From contig CP158635.1 of the NCBI GenBank assembly GCA_050273025.1, forward strand, positions 24,118,001 to 24,182,000: 64,000 bases of DNA, given 5' to 3'. The stretch comes from Cenococcum geophilum. Its lineage: Eukaryota. Every line of letters begins with the position of its first letter. The first letter of the stretch is position 1. The notes beneath the pieces are model-generated. The model saw only the letters and a program-made list of their open reading frames with translations. It did no database searches and had not been told where the DNA came from. Shown here piece by piece: positions 37,032 through 50,133 of this stretch. The position numbers were made by a program, and so were the translations under genes.

Positions 37032-39470
37032 CAGGGTTGTAAACGATCAAACTGATTGCAATCAGATAAGATTATCGATTGGATTGTGATTGGATTGTCG
37101 GTTCGCAATCCGATTGTAATCCGATTCCAAATATCAGATTAGCGGCTTAGCATTCCCACATTAATAATTATAAGCTAAAGCTCTCCTTTTATATTGTATG
37201 AAAAAATGAGCTCTAAAGCAGATTTATCCCAGATTACGAATACTCTTTAATTAATTGAGCTTTCTTCTTAGAATAAGGGGAAATATTAAAGCCCAATCCT
37301 TTTATATACCCGAGAACTATACGAATATAAGCTAGCGCAAGATAAAAATGGAAAAAAAATCTATTACTGCAAGTCCATAGACTGTAAGTATAGTATAATA
37401 GTTACTATAAATTTCCAGAGGCATCTTAAACGAAATCACTTAATTAATATTAGCCTCTTAAGAATAAGTCGTATAAAGACTGAAGCAAACGCTATACTTA
37501 AGGATCTTTAAGGGTAGGCTGGATCTAAAAGTAATCTATTAGAGTTTGAATCTGTTATTCTAAGGTCCTCTCTTAATCGCGAAGTCATTAATTAAGCCCT
37601 TATTAATTTAATTATTGTATAAAACCTTCCATTTAATACGGTTAAATAGCCAGAATTCTATACTTTCTATTAGGCTTTAAATTAAGAGTCCCAGAGCTTT
37701 ATTACAGCAGCTTATGGAGATATTGGCCAGAAGATTAAACAGTTATTTAATTCTTAAAAGGATGTCGTACAAAAAAAACTTTAGCGATTTCAAATATTTA
37801 TCTCTCTATTGATGTCTAGACCTCTCTAAATAACTACTCTCTCCTTACTATTTACTCCCATTTTATTAATACTTAAGAGTAAAGAGCGTGGGCTCTTCTT
37901 ACTTTATGGCCAATTGTAAACTATAATAGAGAAGAATAATAGAATACCCTTCTTTTAGTGCTACTGGATTACGGTATCGTACAAAAGATTAGGGCTATTA
38001 TTAGTGACAATTCTTTAATAAATAATACGCTGTGTTATATAATATCCGATTTCCTACTAGAGAATAAAGATATTTAATAGGATCCTATCTACCAACGAAT
38101 TTGATGCTAAGGATATGTTATTAACCTTACGGTTAATACTTTCCTCTTTAGTGCTACTTAGGAGGGAGAGATTAAGGCATATAAAAGGCTCTCTAAAAAG
38201 GGGAGTATAAAGCTAGAGATGATATATAATAAGGCCGCGTAAGAGAATAAAAGGGATATATTCCGCGTAATAGGGGCGCTTGGGCAGTTATATAACATTA
38301 TTATCTACTTCCGCTCCTTAAGTAATTGTATAAAGTAGTTTAAGTTAATTGTTGGATAAAGGATTCCTTTTAATAATTATATAAGATGGAATAGCTGGTG
38401 GCAAATACTAGAGACTGCAATTTAGTATAAGTCTGGAGTTAACTAGTATATAAAGGCCAATATGGATATACTTTATAAAGACTTTCTTAACCCAGCTAAC
38501 TGGTCCCTCCTTCATACGATTAAGAACTTCCTTAGGCCTTTCCACAGCGCAACTATGAAACTTTAAGGGCACAGCTTAAGCCTTAGCAAAGTTCTCTTTA
38601 TAATGGACGTCCTTATTAAACATATAGAGATATAACAGGTATTAGTAGGTATTAGATTAAACTAAGACCTAAAGCATTGTATTAAACGAGCTTAGAAAAA
38701 GTTTAACGAATACTATACTAAAACAGATAGCTCTCCTCTCTACAATATAGCACTAATTCTTTAGCCTTAGCGTTGTATGAAATATATTAAAGAGATATAG
38801 AAAAAGGAGTGGCAGAAACCTGTGCTTTAAAAGTTAAAGTAGTTCTAGGAGCAATTCCAAGATTTATATCCCCTTCGTACTATATCGTATAAGAGGCCTT
38901 TACAATACTAGATAAAGGAAAAGGAGCTAGATAAGTTTAATCTTATTACAAACAACCTTAAAGAAAGGATCGTTTAACCGTAAAGCCTTAATAAGTACGA
39001 GGATTACTGCTCTAAAGCTCCGTACAAAATATAGGGCCTAGCTCTTTATTAGTGGACTTAGGAGCCGCAAAGAAAACAATAGCTAAGGCTTTTAATTCTT
39101 GCTATGAATATCCTCTCTATTTTAGCTATAAGCGATAATCTAGAGAGAGTTTTCTTAGGCGGCTATTGTATAATGAGCTAGGAAAGAATAAAGATGGGAA
39201 TAGACAGCCTTAAGAGAATAAAATGTTTAAAAAACTAGTATAGAAGTGGGATTTTAAGCGGGGTTATTTAGAGTCTAGTTTACCTTTATTTCTTTATACG
39301 GTAAGGGTTCTAGGGGTAGAAATATCTCTTTAATAGGATTAATTATACGGGGTACCAAGGAATCTGCTATCACGTGCTGTGATTATTAATTAGATTGTGA
39401 TCGTTAATCAGAATCTCGAAATCACAATAATCCGATTGTGGCTGATTGTGGCTGATTGTTTACAACCCTG
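37032..39470 (+). mobile_element. hAT DNA transposon (Restless/Tfo1-like), full length
   Basis: 18 bp TIRs cagggttgtaaacgatca / tgattgtttacaaccctg; 8 bp TSD TTTTGGCG at 37024-37031 and 39471-39478; subterminal gattgt repeats. Confidence 0.95.
37206..39271 (+). pseudogene. hAT transposase, RIP-mutated
   Basis: BED-like YYCKSIDCKY...FQRHLKRNH; DV*(W)TS; SDNS; RI*C*GYVINL; IRWNSW; ERVFL(S). Confidence 0.9.
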
Positions 39471-40191
39471 TTTTGGCGACGGTCCTCTGGCTGCCGTCGG
39501 TCTGGTGCCTTCCTTATGTCTACCCAGTATCCTTATCTCTCACCATCAGTATATCCAAGCTAGCTTATGCATCTGGCTTTTACTGGCTTCGTGCTCTGGC
39601 GTCTTACACTGGCTCCGTGCCCTGGCATCTCGCTCTGGCTCCGTGCTCTAAATCGCGCTAGCTGGGCTCTCCCTTGGACGCCATATGAGGTCGTTACGCT
39701 ATAGTGGATAGGTCGACTCTGTCGAATGGTTGTGTATCTGGGTTAAAGAGGTTGGGCTCGTACGGTCGGGTTCGTACGGTCAGGTTCGGTTCGGTTCAAT
39801 CAATGTTCAATACAATCAATATTCGATCGTCCGTCTGTTTAGTAAATAAAGGTAATTACGAGTACAACAGCGGTACCTGGAAGAAGCTCTAAATACTTAT
39901 AAAGGTAGTAGAAGTAGTGACTTCTTAAACAAGGTAGTAGATTAATTGCTTAGTAAGCGCTGAATGTACAGATTAGATGCAGTACAGCAGGCAGGCCGGG
40001 CTTATAACTGTAAGCTTTACAGTGTATGGGAATTAAACGAGCAACTTAATTGTAAATCTATAGAAATCAAGTGATATAAATATATAAAGGTAGACCCCTA
40101 AACTCCAAGGTCTATAACTTATTTTAACTATATCCAAGACATATAAGGGTAGTGCTAACGCTAGTAAAACAGGGTCTAGTAGTCGGTTACA

Positions 40192-40475
40192 CTCTATAAT
40201 ATAATAAGGGCTAATAGTAAGCTAATGCTATTAGCTTAAGCGGCCCCTACTAGGGTAGCTGCCTTTAATATTAACGGCAGAACTATATATAATCTATTAA
40301 GGTTACTAGTAAATTGCCTGTTTAAGGAATTGCCTACTATTAGTCTTACGCCTCTATAATAAGCTTTTAAGGATATTTACTATCTTATCCTTAATGAGAA
40401 ATCTATAATTAGGTAAGTATATCTAGCCTAGATTAATCGCCGCCTTTATTAAATCTACCCTATATATAACAATAA
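40192..40475 (+). pseudogene. Helitron-like fragment 5 (PIF1 motifs Ia and II)
   Basis: AAPTR(G)VAAFNINGRTIY(H)NLLRL; YLILN(D)EKSI(M)I. Confidence 0.85.
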
Positions 40476-40587
40476 GGGCTTCATGAAATCGGCCTCTGCA
40501 CCTCCACGCGGTGGAGCCCGGGAACCTGGCAGTACTATCGATGTTCCGTTAGGATCGTGTCAATAGACTACCAGAGCAAACGCAGAG
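40476..40587 (+). ncRNA. Predicted HDV-like self-cleaving ribozyme
   Basis: P1 GGGCUUC(40476-82)/GGAGCCC(40513-19), P2 CUCUGC(40494-99)/GCAGAG(40582-87), P3 ACC/GGU, L3 UCCACGC, P1.1 CC/GG, long imperfect P4 (tggcagtactatcga/tcaatagactacca), J4/2 GAG-C-AAAC with candidate catalytic C40577. Confidence 0.85.
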
Positions 40588-41483
40588 ACGTCCGTACGGC
40601 TACGCACCGCTGGCGCTGCGACGGGTGATCGCGAAGAAAGAAGTTTCTGTTGGGAGGGTGAGCCCTAACAAGGCTTCAGGAACATAACTAACTCGTCTTC
40701 ACATACGGTCGACCTGCTCGAATCACGGCATCTAAATTGGCGTCCTCCTTCTATATAGCATGGCACGCTATGCTGTACGACCCTATATAGTATATACGTA
40801 CGCCTTGCAGGCTAAAGCCCGCGATAAGCCTCTTTATCTACCCACCTTCCAAAAGCCTCTCGTCTATTGCCTTTTAAGGCCTCTTATCTACCCGCCTTTA
40901 TTATCACCTAATAGCTTAAACCTGCCGCACGCGGCATATATCCTCCTTTATGTTACAAAGGACCTAGGTTAGGGCCCTAGGAGAAGACACCTAGCACTAA
41001 TTACTATCCCGTTATTTTGGTTTTAAAAAAAAAGGTTATATAGGACTAGATATAAATGTATTATATGGGAGGGTAGTAGATTATACTAGAAGGTATAATA
41101 ATAAGATTGGATTATGCTGTAAGTAAGGAAGCTGTAAGTAGTATATATGTATGCATATAGGGCGGAGTAGGGGAAGGGCAGGTATATAATTCCACATAGG
41201 TAATAATAGATAGGGAAAGTGGTTTAAAAGGCAGACAGGGTAAGATAGGCATTTAAGACACCTTCCTTAGGGGTCTCTGAGCAGTAACCTGATGGTGTTT
41301 TTTCCCCCCGTTAATGTAGTACGAATGCTATCTAGAAGTATTACCTCTTACGTTTCCCTTAGGGGTTTTTGTTCACCTAAAAAATGGGGTTTTCTCAGTA
41401 TATATATTGAGTTTTTACCATAGGAATTAGTCTATGTGGACCCATTAGGGGGACCGGGTCGGACGGTAAATTGAATTTATTAT
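40476..41483 (+). mobile_element. Non-coding non-LTR retroposon (1008 bp) with 5' HDV-like ribozyme and LINE-like 3' tail
   Basis: 13 bp TSD TATATAACAATAA at 40463-40475 and 41484-41496; 3' end tagtctatgtggacccattagggggaccgggtcggacggtaaattgaatttattat; removing it restores the helicase frame PIYNNNYFRGLNILLVSDFY*LPP. Confidence 0.88.
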
Positions 41484-42506
41484 TATATAACAATAACTAC
41501 TTTAGAGGCTTAAACATCTTACTAGTAAGCGATTTCTATTAGCTTCCCCCTATAAATTAAGCGGCCTTATACAGCAATCTACCTACTAGGCCGTTAAAGC
41601 TTACTAGCTATAGAAAAGAAGCCTATAAGGTAATTAACTAAACTACTATTCTAGATTAAGTTATGCGGTAGGGCGGTAATAATGCTAAAAGCTTTATATT
41701 TAGGACCGCCCTTATAAAGCTACGTAGTAATTCTATAAGTACTTTAACCTAAAACCTTTTTTTAACTAGGTATAAGCAGGGCCTATCTACTAATAAGGTT
41801 GCGGGCTTTAATAATATAATTCGGCTATATAGCATACGCGTTACTATAAGTAAGTATAACACTACTTAGCTTTACAACCTTTTATAGCTAGTAGTAGCTA
41901 TTAAGTTAGTTAACACTGGTATAGGTGTACGGAAAGTTACTCCTAATTAGTGTAATATTATAGAGAGTCTAGTCCTATATATTAGCCTAAAAGTAATACT
42001 AATATAGAATATCTAGGTTAAACTAGGCTTAGTAAATAGTACTACTAGTATAGTTAAAGATATTATATAGAAGGGACACGTGGATATTAAAAAGGACCAG
42101 CCTTAGTTACTACTAATTATAGTAAATAGGTACAACGGACCTGCTCTATTTACTCGGCAGGATAGTAAGAAAGTTATTTCTATATTTTCTATACTTTATA
42201 AGTAGGAAGGTATAAAAAGCTCTTACTTATAGCGTTAATTTCCAATTACTTTAGCTTTTACTCTTACTATATATAAAAGCTAGGGCCTAATACTTAACCA
42301 AGTAGTTCTAAATATTAAGGAAAAGAATAAGACAGCTAGGCTAACCTATATAGCAATCTTATAAGTTAAGAAGCTTTTAGGGCTTATATTTAAATATAGA
42401 TTTAATATAGAACAATTTTTAGTTATCTATAAGTAAGACTAAAGAGGTATAATAAAAAGATTTTATACGGAGGTAGTAGCAACTACTTATAAACGACTTT
42501 TCCTAA
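41484..42506 (+). pseudogene. Helitron-like fragment 6 (PIF1 helicase C-terminal half)
   Basis: FRGLNILLVSDFY*LPP; GLVNSTTSIVKDI; *FPITLAFTLTIYKS*GLIL; TYIAIL*VK. Confidence 0.87.
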
Positions 42507-42968
42507 ATAGGAAATTATATACTGGCTTAGAGGTAAGCGGAGAATATAGCATTTATCTTAGTTTTCTAATTTTTAAATAGCTTAACCGCGAAATCTAATT
42601 CTCTAAATTTTAACCCCTCTATCCGTCCTACCTTCTTACTACTTTTAGAGCTATTAAATATACATATCATAGTATATAAAGAGAATTAGCAGTCTTACTA
42701 GATTAATATTATTGCTATCTATAGCGTTAATCGATTTTTAGAAATTTTCAATTTTTTTAAAGGGCGGAAATGTCGCTTATATAAGGAGTTATATAACCTC
42801 TAAAAATATATAAACAATTATAACGATTCCTAACTAAGAACCCTCTTTTTAGCCTTATAGCCTTATTTAGTCACCCTAGCGGCTATATAAGACGCTATAT
42901 ATATATTTAGTAAAGCCCTCTATAAGTAGGCTTAGCTATACCTCTAATATTAATAAGATCGGTAAGGG

Positions 42969-45900
42969 TGTTAGGTAAAACCTAAGTAGATAGTTATATA
43001 GCCGCAAGGTACGGGCGACCCTGGGGCAACCTAGGGGTAACTCGCCGTAAGGTACGTGCTCTGCATATACCTAGGGAAAACCCTTCCTACCTTATACACA
43101 GACTCCTCCTTTTCCCTTAAGGATTTGTCTCTGTCTATACAATATACCTATTGTTTTATTATTAGACTCCCTATCTATATTCTTACCTTATATTTAAATC
43201 CTTACTAATCCCCTTAGGAGGATAGCCGGTTTAATTTTTCTATAATGCCTCCGAAAAGAAAACCGACGCTTATACTTAACGGTAATACGCTAGCGATACA
43301 ACTACAGAATGCTTTAGGATCTAGTGCAGACGAAACCGCTAGAAGTATACTAGTAGCATTTAAGCCATTTTCTAAATCCTAAAATAATTAGACATCTATA
43401 AACGCTAAAGACTAGTTTAATTTATATACCTAGGCTTAATAGGAGCTTAGTAAGGTTACTAGCGTCCTACCTAATACTGCTAATATAAAGGAGCTAGATA
43501 AGCTGGCTAAGAAAATAGCCAACTTATAGAGCATTATTAATTTAATAAAGCCTTCCCGTTACCTCTTTAGTAAAGAGTATAAGTTACGTAGCGAACGCAT
43601 ACGCTAATTAAATCTCAATGCCCTAGTCAAGAAGTTACTACCCAATATTAGCGGTACTACTTAACAGTATTTTAACTAGTAGATTGCCGCAGTTAAGAAC
43701 TAATTTAAGGTTAATAACGCTAACTATAACTATAAGCGACGCACGCGCTAGGCCATTAAAGGTTTTATGGAAGAGAAGATAATTACCTAATTAGTTTATT
43801 GCCAGTTAGGCACTAAGGATAAGGGTTCTTTACTATAGGACGAATTTAAGACTATAGTCTAAGACTAGATTAGGAACCCTATAGTAAAACGCTTTAATAA
43901 TACTATAGTATACTGTACGGCTGTTATAAAGGAGAACTAGAGGTTTAACGTCTTCCTAGCCCGTATACGTAGCTTAGAGGACCTCTTCTTATATACCCCT
44001 TTTGTCAATCCTAAACAATAGGTAAACTTTTGGTTCTTATATCTCCCAGCCTACCTATAAGTAGAGCTCTTCCGCCAGAACTTCGCCTAATAGGTAAGAA
44101 CCGCTAAAGACCTCTTTAATAAAATCCGCTGTGTAGAGTAATTACTTAATACTATAAAGCTCGCGGAAGATCGCGTAAGTAATAGCGGCAAATTATTGTA
44201 TATAAAGCGCGGTCGCAGCATAGGCTTTATAGAGTTAGGCTTAGGGAATAGAACCTAAAAAGGGCAACGCTTTTCTAAGTAAACTTCTAGGGAAACTACC
44301 TAAAAGCTAGATGGCTTAGGGGACCCCCTAGACGCTAGTACTATATAGGCAAGTTAAAGGACCATAGGCGGCCACTATAAGGAACACTAGAAGTAGGCTA
44401 ATAAAGAGAAGTTAGCTTAGGCTTCGGAAAACCTAAAGCCCTAGTAGTATATCTCTCTTAACTGTAACTAGGGCCTAATATAGAGGGAGAAAAGAAACGT
44501 ATTGTGGTATATATTGCGATAGATACGCCCTAGGGCAAAGTCCGCCTATATACTTTATATAATAATAGGTACTAAATTAACCTTATTAATTAAGAGGTCG
44601 TCTATAGGTTTAACCTACCTATATACTACGCGCTACGTTTACGTAAACCTATTATATATTTCCTTAATAGTAACTAGATAACAATCTGGGATACTTATAA
44701 TCTAACGGTTACTATTAGCGACTCCTAGGGTACCTCGTATACTATTAGCCCGCAGACCTTTTAGGGCGGCTTATTTAATAGTTACGATATAGTTCTTAGA
44801 TGGGATTAGCTCGCGGAAGCAGATCTATTAATTAGCTTCTATTTTAGACAGTTTATCTAGAGTACTTTGGACCCTAAACGCCTCTAAATAGTCACCCTTA
44901 ACGCTCTCTTAGCAGATATTAAGGCTGGTGAAATAGTCTATTTGCTATAGCTAGAAGACTTCTTTTTTACGCCAGTTATAAATATAATAAAGGACCTATT
45001 ATTACTGGCAGCGAGTACCCATGCAGACCCTCCAGATATAAAGACACCGGTTGTAAATACAGTAGAGGACCTGCCGTTACTAGCAGCGAGTACCCGTAGA
45101 GACCCTCTAGTGCCGGCGTAGATTATTTATACGTAAGGGGGAGGTGATTGAAACCCTAAAACTATTAAGTATACTGCAGTAGAGCTATATGCACTCTCTA
45201 TACGAATATACCTGTAAAACGTATATTAGCCGCACCCTTCTCTCCACTAGCTTCTAGAAGTACACTACTATATAATAGTCGCTTTAACCTCCGTAGCCCC
45301 TAGCCTGCTAGAGGTATATAAGGAGGAAATTAATGTCTTCTCTAATAAGCTAGTAAGCATACTACTATAAAACTCTAAGTACGACTATACGATCGACTTA
45401 AAAAAAGGCAAGACGCTACCATAAATACCCCTCTATAACCTCTTATAGAAAAAATTGCAGATCTTATAAAAGTACCTAGACAGTGCTCTTAAAAGGGGCT
45501 AGATTAGGCCTAGTAAGTTGCCTACTAGAGCGCCTATCCTCTTCGTGCTAAAAGTAGATAGTATAATACGGCTATACGTTAATTACAGACGCCTAAATAA
45601 GATTATAATTAAAAATTGGTACCCCCTACCGCTAGTTAGCAAACTCTTTAATAGGCTTAGCTATGTAAAGATATATATAAAGCTAGATCTTTATAATGCG
45701 TACTATAAGATTTATATTAAAAAGGGAGATAAATAAAAGACTATATTTAAGATACGCTACGGTTACTTTAAGTACTTAGTAATGCCCTTTAGTCTTACTA
45801 ACACCCCAATAACTTTTTAAAGCTATATTTATAAAGCTCTAGGAACTCTAGTAGATACCATCTATATAGTTTACCTAGATAATATTCTTATTTACTTAAA

Positions 45901-48900
45901 TAATAAGGATAAGCACGTTAAGCACGTTAAGCAGGTACTGCAACAGCTCCGCGCTTAGGGCCTATACGCTAAACTATTAAAATATATCTTTTATACTAAG
46001 AACGTTAAGTTCCTAGGCTTTATTATTACCCCTAGGGGTATTATAATAGACCCTGACCGCGTAAAAGCTATTAAGGAATGGCCTAAGCCTAAGTCCTATA
46101 GAGACATTTAAGTCTTCTTTAGCTTTGCTAACTTCTATAGGCGATTTATCTAGAACTACTTGGATACCGTATACCCCCTATATATATATCTTACATAGGC
46201 ATATCGCGACCTAACGTTAGATAGGGAGAAGAAGAAGAAGCGCAAGTCAAAAGGGCCTACTAAATAGTATTAACCCTAGTCCTAGCCCAACGATATATAG
46301 TAGGCGTTCCGCAAGCTACGCGCTGCATTTATATAGGCTCCTTTACTTCGCCACTTTAACCTTAATCTACCCCTAATGGTAATTACTGACGCTTCTAACT
46401 ATGCCTATAGCGGTATACTTCTATAGCCTTTAGGGTAGGGAGATTAACTCCACTAGTACCTAATCGCTTATTATAGTCAGAAGCTTACTAGCCTAGAAGT
46501 ATAGTATAATATATATAATAAAAAACTACTCGCTATAGTGCAATACTTTAAGATATAGCGCTATTACCTTAAATACGCCGCGCATATAACGCGCGTGCTC
46601 TATAATTATAAAAATCTTAGGTACTTTATAACTACTAAAAGCTTATTTACTTGCTAGGCCTAGTACGCTAAAGAACTAGCTAAGTTTAATTTTAAGATTA
46701 AATATAAGCTAGGTAAGATAAATTCTACTAATATACTATCCTAGCGCCTAGATTATACTAAAGGCTTTAAAAATGGCAGTAAGAGGATAATCCTTAATGC
46801 TATGCTGCCTATATTATAGTAAAAGTTGTAGGTTATAGGCCTTGTGGGCGGCCCTAGTGCTATTATACTAAACTAGTAAGTAGTATGCGTGTAGTATATA
46901 AGCAACCCTTACGAACTTAGCGCCGGCGGACTAAAGCGTCCTACTATTCTCTCTAAGACCACTTTAATTAACCTAATAGCGCTTAACCCTAGAGAAAACC
47001 CCTTAGCCTAGGCTATAGTCCCCTATAATAACCTAGTAAGTTACCTACATATTATACGTTACTTTACTAGCACTAACTTTACATAAAGTCTTATGCCATA
47101 GCAAGAGGTAGTAGTAGCTGCCTTAGCCGAAATGGCGTTTATAAAACACCCCCCTAAGTCACTAGTTAATTTTATTTATAGAGTATAAAAAAGAGACGCC
47201 TTTATACGCTCTATATATAATTAATTAACCTAAGAATAAGTTCCTACTAGTAATAAGGACTACACCCTTAATAATTAAGGACTCCTAAGGCAAAATAATA
47301 AGGTCTAGGTGCTAAATTATATACTATTATAATAGGAGATCCTTAAGCGAAATTATAACGATCCTATAGGCGGCCACTATGGTTTTAACTATACCTTTAA
47401 GGTAATTATATGAAAGTATACTTAGAACGGCCTTACTTAGGACCTCCGTAAATACCTAGATAATTATAATACCTACTAATACTTTAAATCGCGCAGCTAT
47501 AAACCCTATAGTGAGCTATAGCCTCTCTAAGCCCCCACCCGAGCCTAGTGGTATTATTTACTTAACTTTATTACGGATTTCCTAAAGTCTAAGACTCCTA
47601 ATAGCGTAGAGTATAACTCTATCCTTATCCTTATAGACCGTTTCATAAAGCTAGTACGCTACTATTTAGTATATAAGATAATTAATACTACGTAACTTAT
47701 AGAACTCTTATTTAGAGTCTTTATATAAATAGGGCCTCTAAATAATATTGTCTTTAATAGGGGTAGTGTATTTATAAGCGAGTATTAAAGCACTATGTGC
47801 TACTATCTTTACGTTTAATATAAACTTAGCACCACATTTTACCCGTAGATAGATAGTTAGATAAAGCGTTAGAACTAGGAGCTTAAGGTATACCTACGCA
47901 TATTTACAAACTGGGAACAGTCTAATTAGGCCTCCCTACTTAAAGAAGTAGCCTTTACCTATAACTCTAAGGTCTATACCGTAATAAAGCGTTCCCCTAT
48001 TAAGCTCGCCTATAGCTAGCTGCTAAACGTCCTAAATAGAGTCCTAGACGGCATTTAAGACGCCTAGTAAGGTAGGGAGGGGTCTAAGTTAATAAATGTC
48101 GAACTTATAGAGACGTATCTATAACACCTGCGCCTTATATATAAGGTAGTGGCGGCGTTAATAATGTACGCCTAATAGCTTTAGGTAAAATACTATAATC
48201 GTTACTATCTAGCTAAGCATTTCGCTGTTGGTAAACGAGTCCTACTCTCCTCTAAGAATATCCGCATAAAACGTCCTTATAAAAAGCTTAACTATAAGTT
48301 TATAGGACTGTTTTAGATCCTAGAGCGTATAGGGTAGTAAGTATATAAGCTAGAGCTTCTACCTACTATAGTATAGCTCTACCCAGTCTTTTATATCTCC
48401 CTATTAGAGCCTTATAGGTTACATCCTAGGTTTTAACCCCTAGTAGTAAAAGAGCTTAAGGAAAGCAGCTAGGAAGTAAAAGCAATTGTTGCCTATTAGG
48501 ATCGTGCTAGATAACTATAGTACCTTATTAAATAGCTAGGATAGTTAAATAAGTATAATAAATAGAAATACGAGATAGAACTTAAAAATTATTAATAACT
48601 ACTAAATAAGTACCGTAAGCGGAATACCCTAGCCTTATAGCCGAAGCGCAGGTAAAAAGTAAGCGCTACTATTAAAATATAACCTGTATTAAAGTAGAGT
48701 AGAGGATGTTCTAAGGGATTAAAGAATAAGTAATAATTGCTATAAGAACTGCGGCGTATATATAGGGTGAAGTTTTAATTTATTAATATCCTATATAAGC
48801 TACACTTTAACGCAACCTGGTAATGCTAGTAAGGCTATAGTGTATACTAGCAATAAAGCTTAATTTAAAAAGCACCCTTTCTAGACCTAATCTATTACTC

Positions 48901-49883
48901 TATATTAGCTAAGCAGATTATTTATATATTAGAGAATAGGCCCGTTTATAACCAGAGTTTATTTAACTAAGGTTTATAACCTACTAGTAACCCACTAGTG
49001 GCAACCTATACTAATAACTTATACTATTCTATATATATACTATAGATAACGCGTAAGGCTAAAGTATAGATTAGCGGCGGATTTAATAGATATATAGCCT
49101 TACTATCCTAAACCTGGCTGTATATAAGTAACCTATAACCTACCTATAAAGTATATACGGCGCTACGCCGGTATAGCGTAAAGCTAAAGCAGGGTTAGCG
49201 GCAGATTTAATAGGCATACAGCCTTACTATTTATAAATCTGGCTATATGCAAATAACCTATAACCGACCCGCAAGGTACTAGCGACCTGCCTATATAAGT
49301 AAGCTTTTAGAACACCTCTAGCCTACTAAGTTTAGGCGACGGTATTAAGCTCCACTAGCTCTACCTATTAAATAAACTAATTAGGATTTTCTATACTAGG
49401 TATATAAAATTACTACTAGCTTAGTTAAATGCGGGGGAGTCTTAGTAAGGCAAATCTAACTAATTAGATAACTTTAACCGCCGGTTAAAGTTCCTTAACA
49501 TCTTCGCGCCGCGCATGTGTACTACCTGTCTCTCTATACGCAAAATTAAGACGCTCTTTCCCCTCTAAATTTTTTCCTTACTAAGGTTTTTTATGGGGTT
49601 TTATTGAGGCTTAAGTATATAAAGGATTGGGGACGACCCTTTTTAAAGGGGGGGGCATTATTAGGTAAAACCTAAGTAAATAGTTATATAGCCGTAAGGT
49701 ACGGGCGACCCTAGGGTAACCTAGGGGTAACTCGCCCGTGAGGTACGTGCTCTATACATGCCTAGGGAAAACCCTTTCTACCTCGCATACAGACTCCTCC
49801 TTTTCCCTTAAGGATTCGTCTCTATCTATACAATATACCTATTATTCTATTATTGGACTCCCTATCCACATCCTTACCTTATA
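42969..49883 (+). mobile_element. Gypsy-2 (chromovirus-type) LTR retrotransposon, full length
   Basis: LTRs 42969-43192 and 49659-49883; TSD AAGGG at 42964-42968 and 49884-49888; PPT aaagggggggg before the 3' LTR. Confidence 0.95.
43245..48730 (+). pseudogene. Gypsy-2 gag-pol, RIP-mutated; 3' end approximate
   Basis: ATG 43245 MPPKRKP; APILFVLK...RLYVNYRRLNKIIIKNWYPLP; VYLDN(D)IL (~45870); TDASNY (~46385); integrase; chromodomain *EVKAIVA...YLIK* (~48470-48540); candidate -1 slippery ggaaaac at ~44426. Confidence 0.9.
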
Positions 49884-49959
49884 AAGGGGTAGTTAATTTT
49901 TTTTAGTTTTTTTCCCTAATTAATTTCTAGTTTTCTTTTATATAGATTTTAGTAACCTA

Positions 49960-50133
49960 AAGTCTAGATCTACTACCTTATTTAAAAAGTTACTACTTTT
50001 ACTACCTTTATAATAATTTAAGCTTCTTTACCTATTAAACGAACGGATAATTAACCCTAGTTAATAAAAGAACTAACGAATTAAATTAAAAGTTTAGAAC
50101 GTCTAAATAAGGTTTTATTAAGACGCCAACTAG
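49960..50133 (+). mobile_element. Copia-1-family relic, 5' UTR portion (continues at 63104)
   Basis: Homologous to ~5800-5990; no LTR seen upstream. Confidence 0.75.

Larger units (their letters stand above)
35425..40191 (-). mobile_element. Non-autonomous LTR element related to Copia-1 (hAT nested inside)
   Basis: 183 bp LTRs 35425-35607 and 40009-40191; TSD CTCTA at 35420-35424 and 40192-40196; LTR termini, PBS (gttataagcccgg) and PPT resemble Copia-1; no gag/pol catalytic motifs seen. Confidence 0.9.

Noticed and set aside
40476..40600. tRNA- or 5S-derived SINE head
   Set aside because: No cloverleaf or convincing A/B box seen; the HDV-like fold accounts for the region from its first base.
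42510..42968. Helitron 3' terminus (hairpin plus CTRR, or an ATTTT end near 49950)
   Set aside because: No convincing hairpin survives RIP; the boundary cannot be set from one copy.
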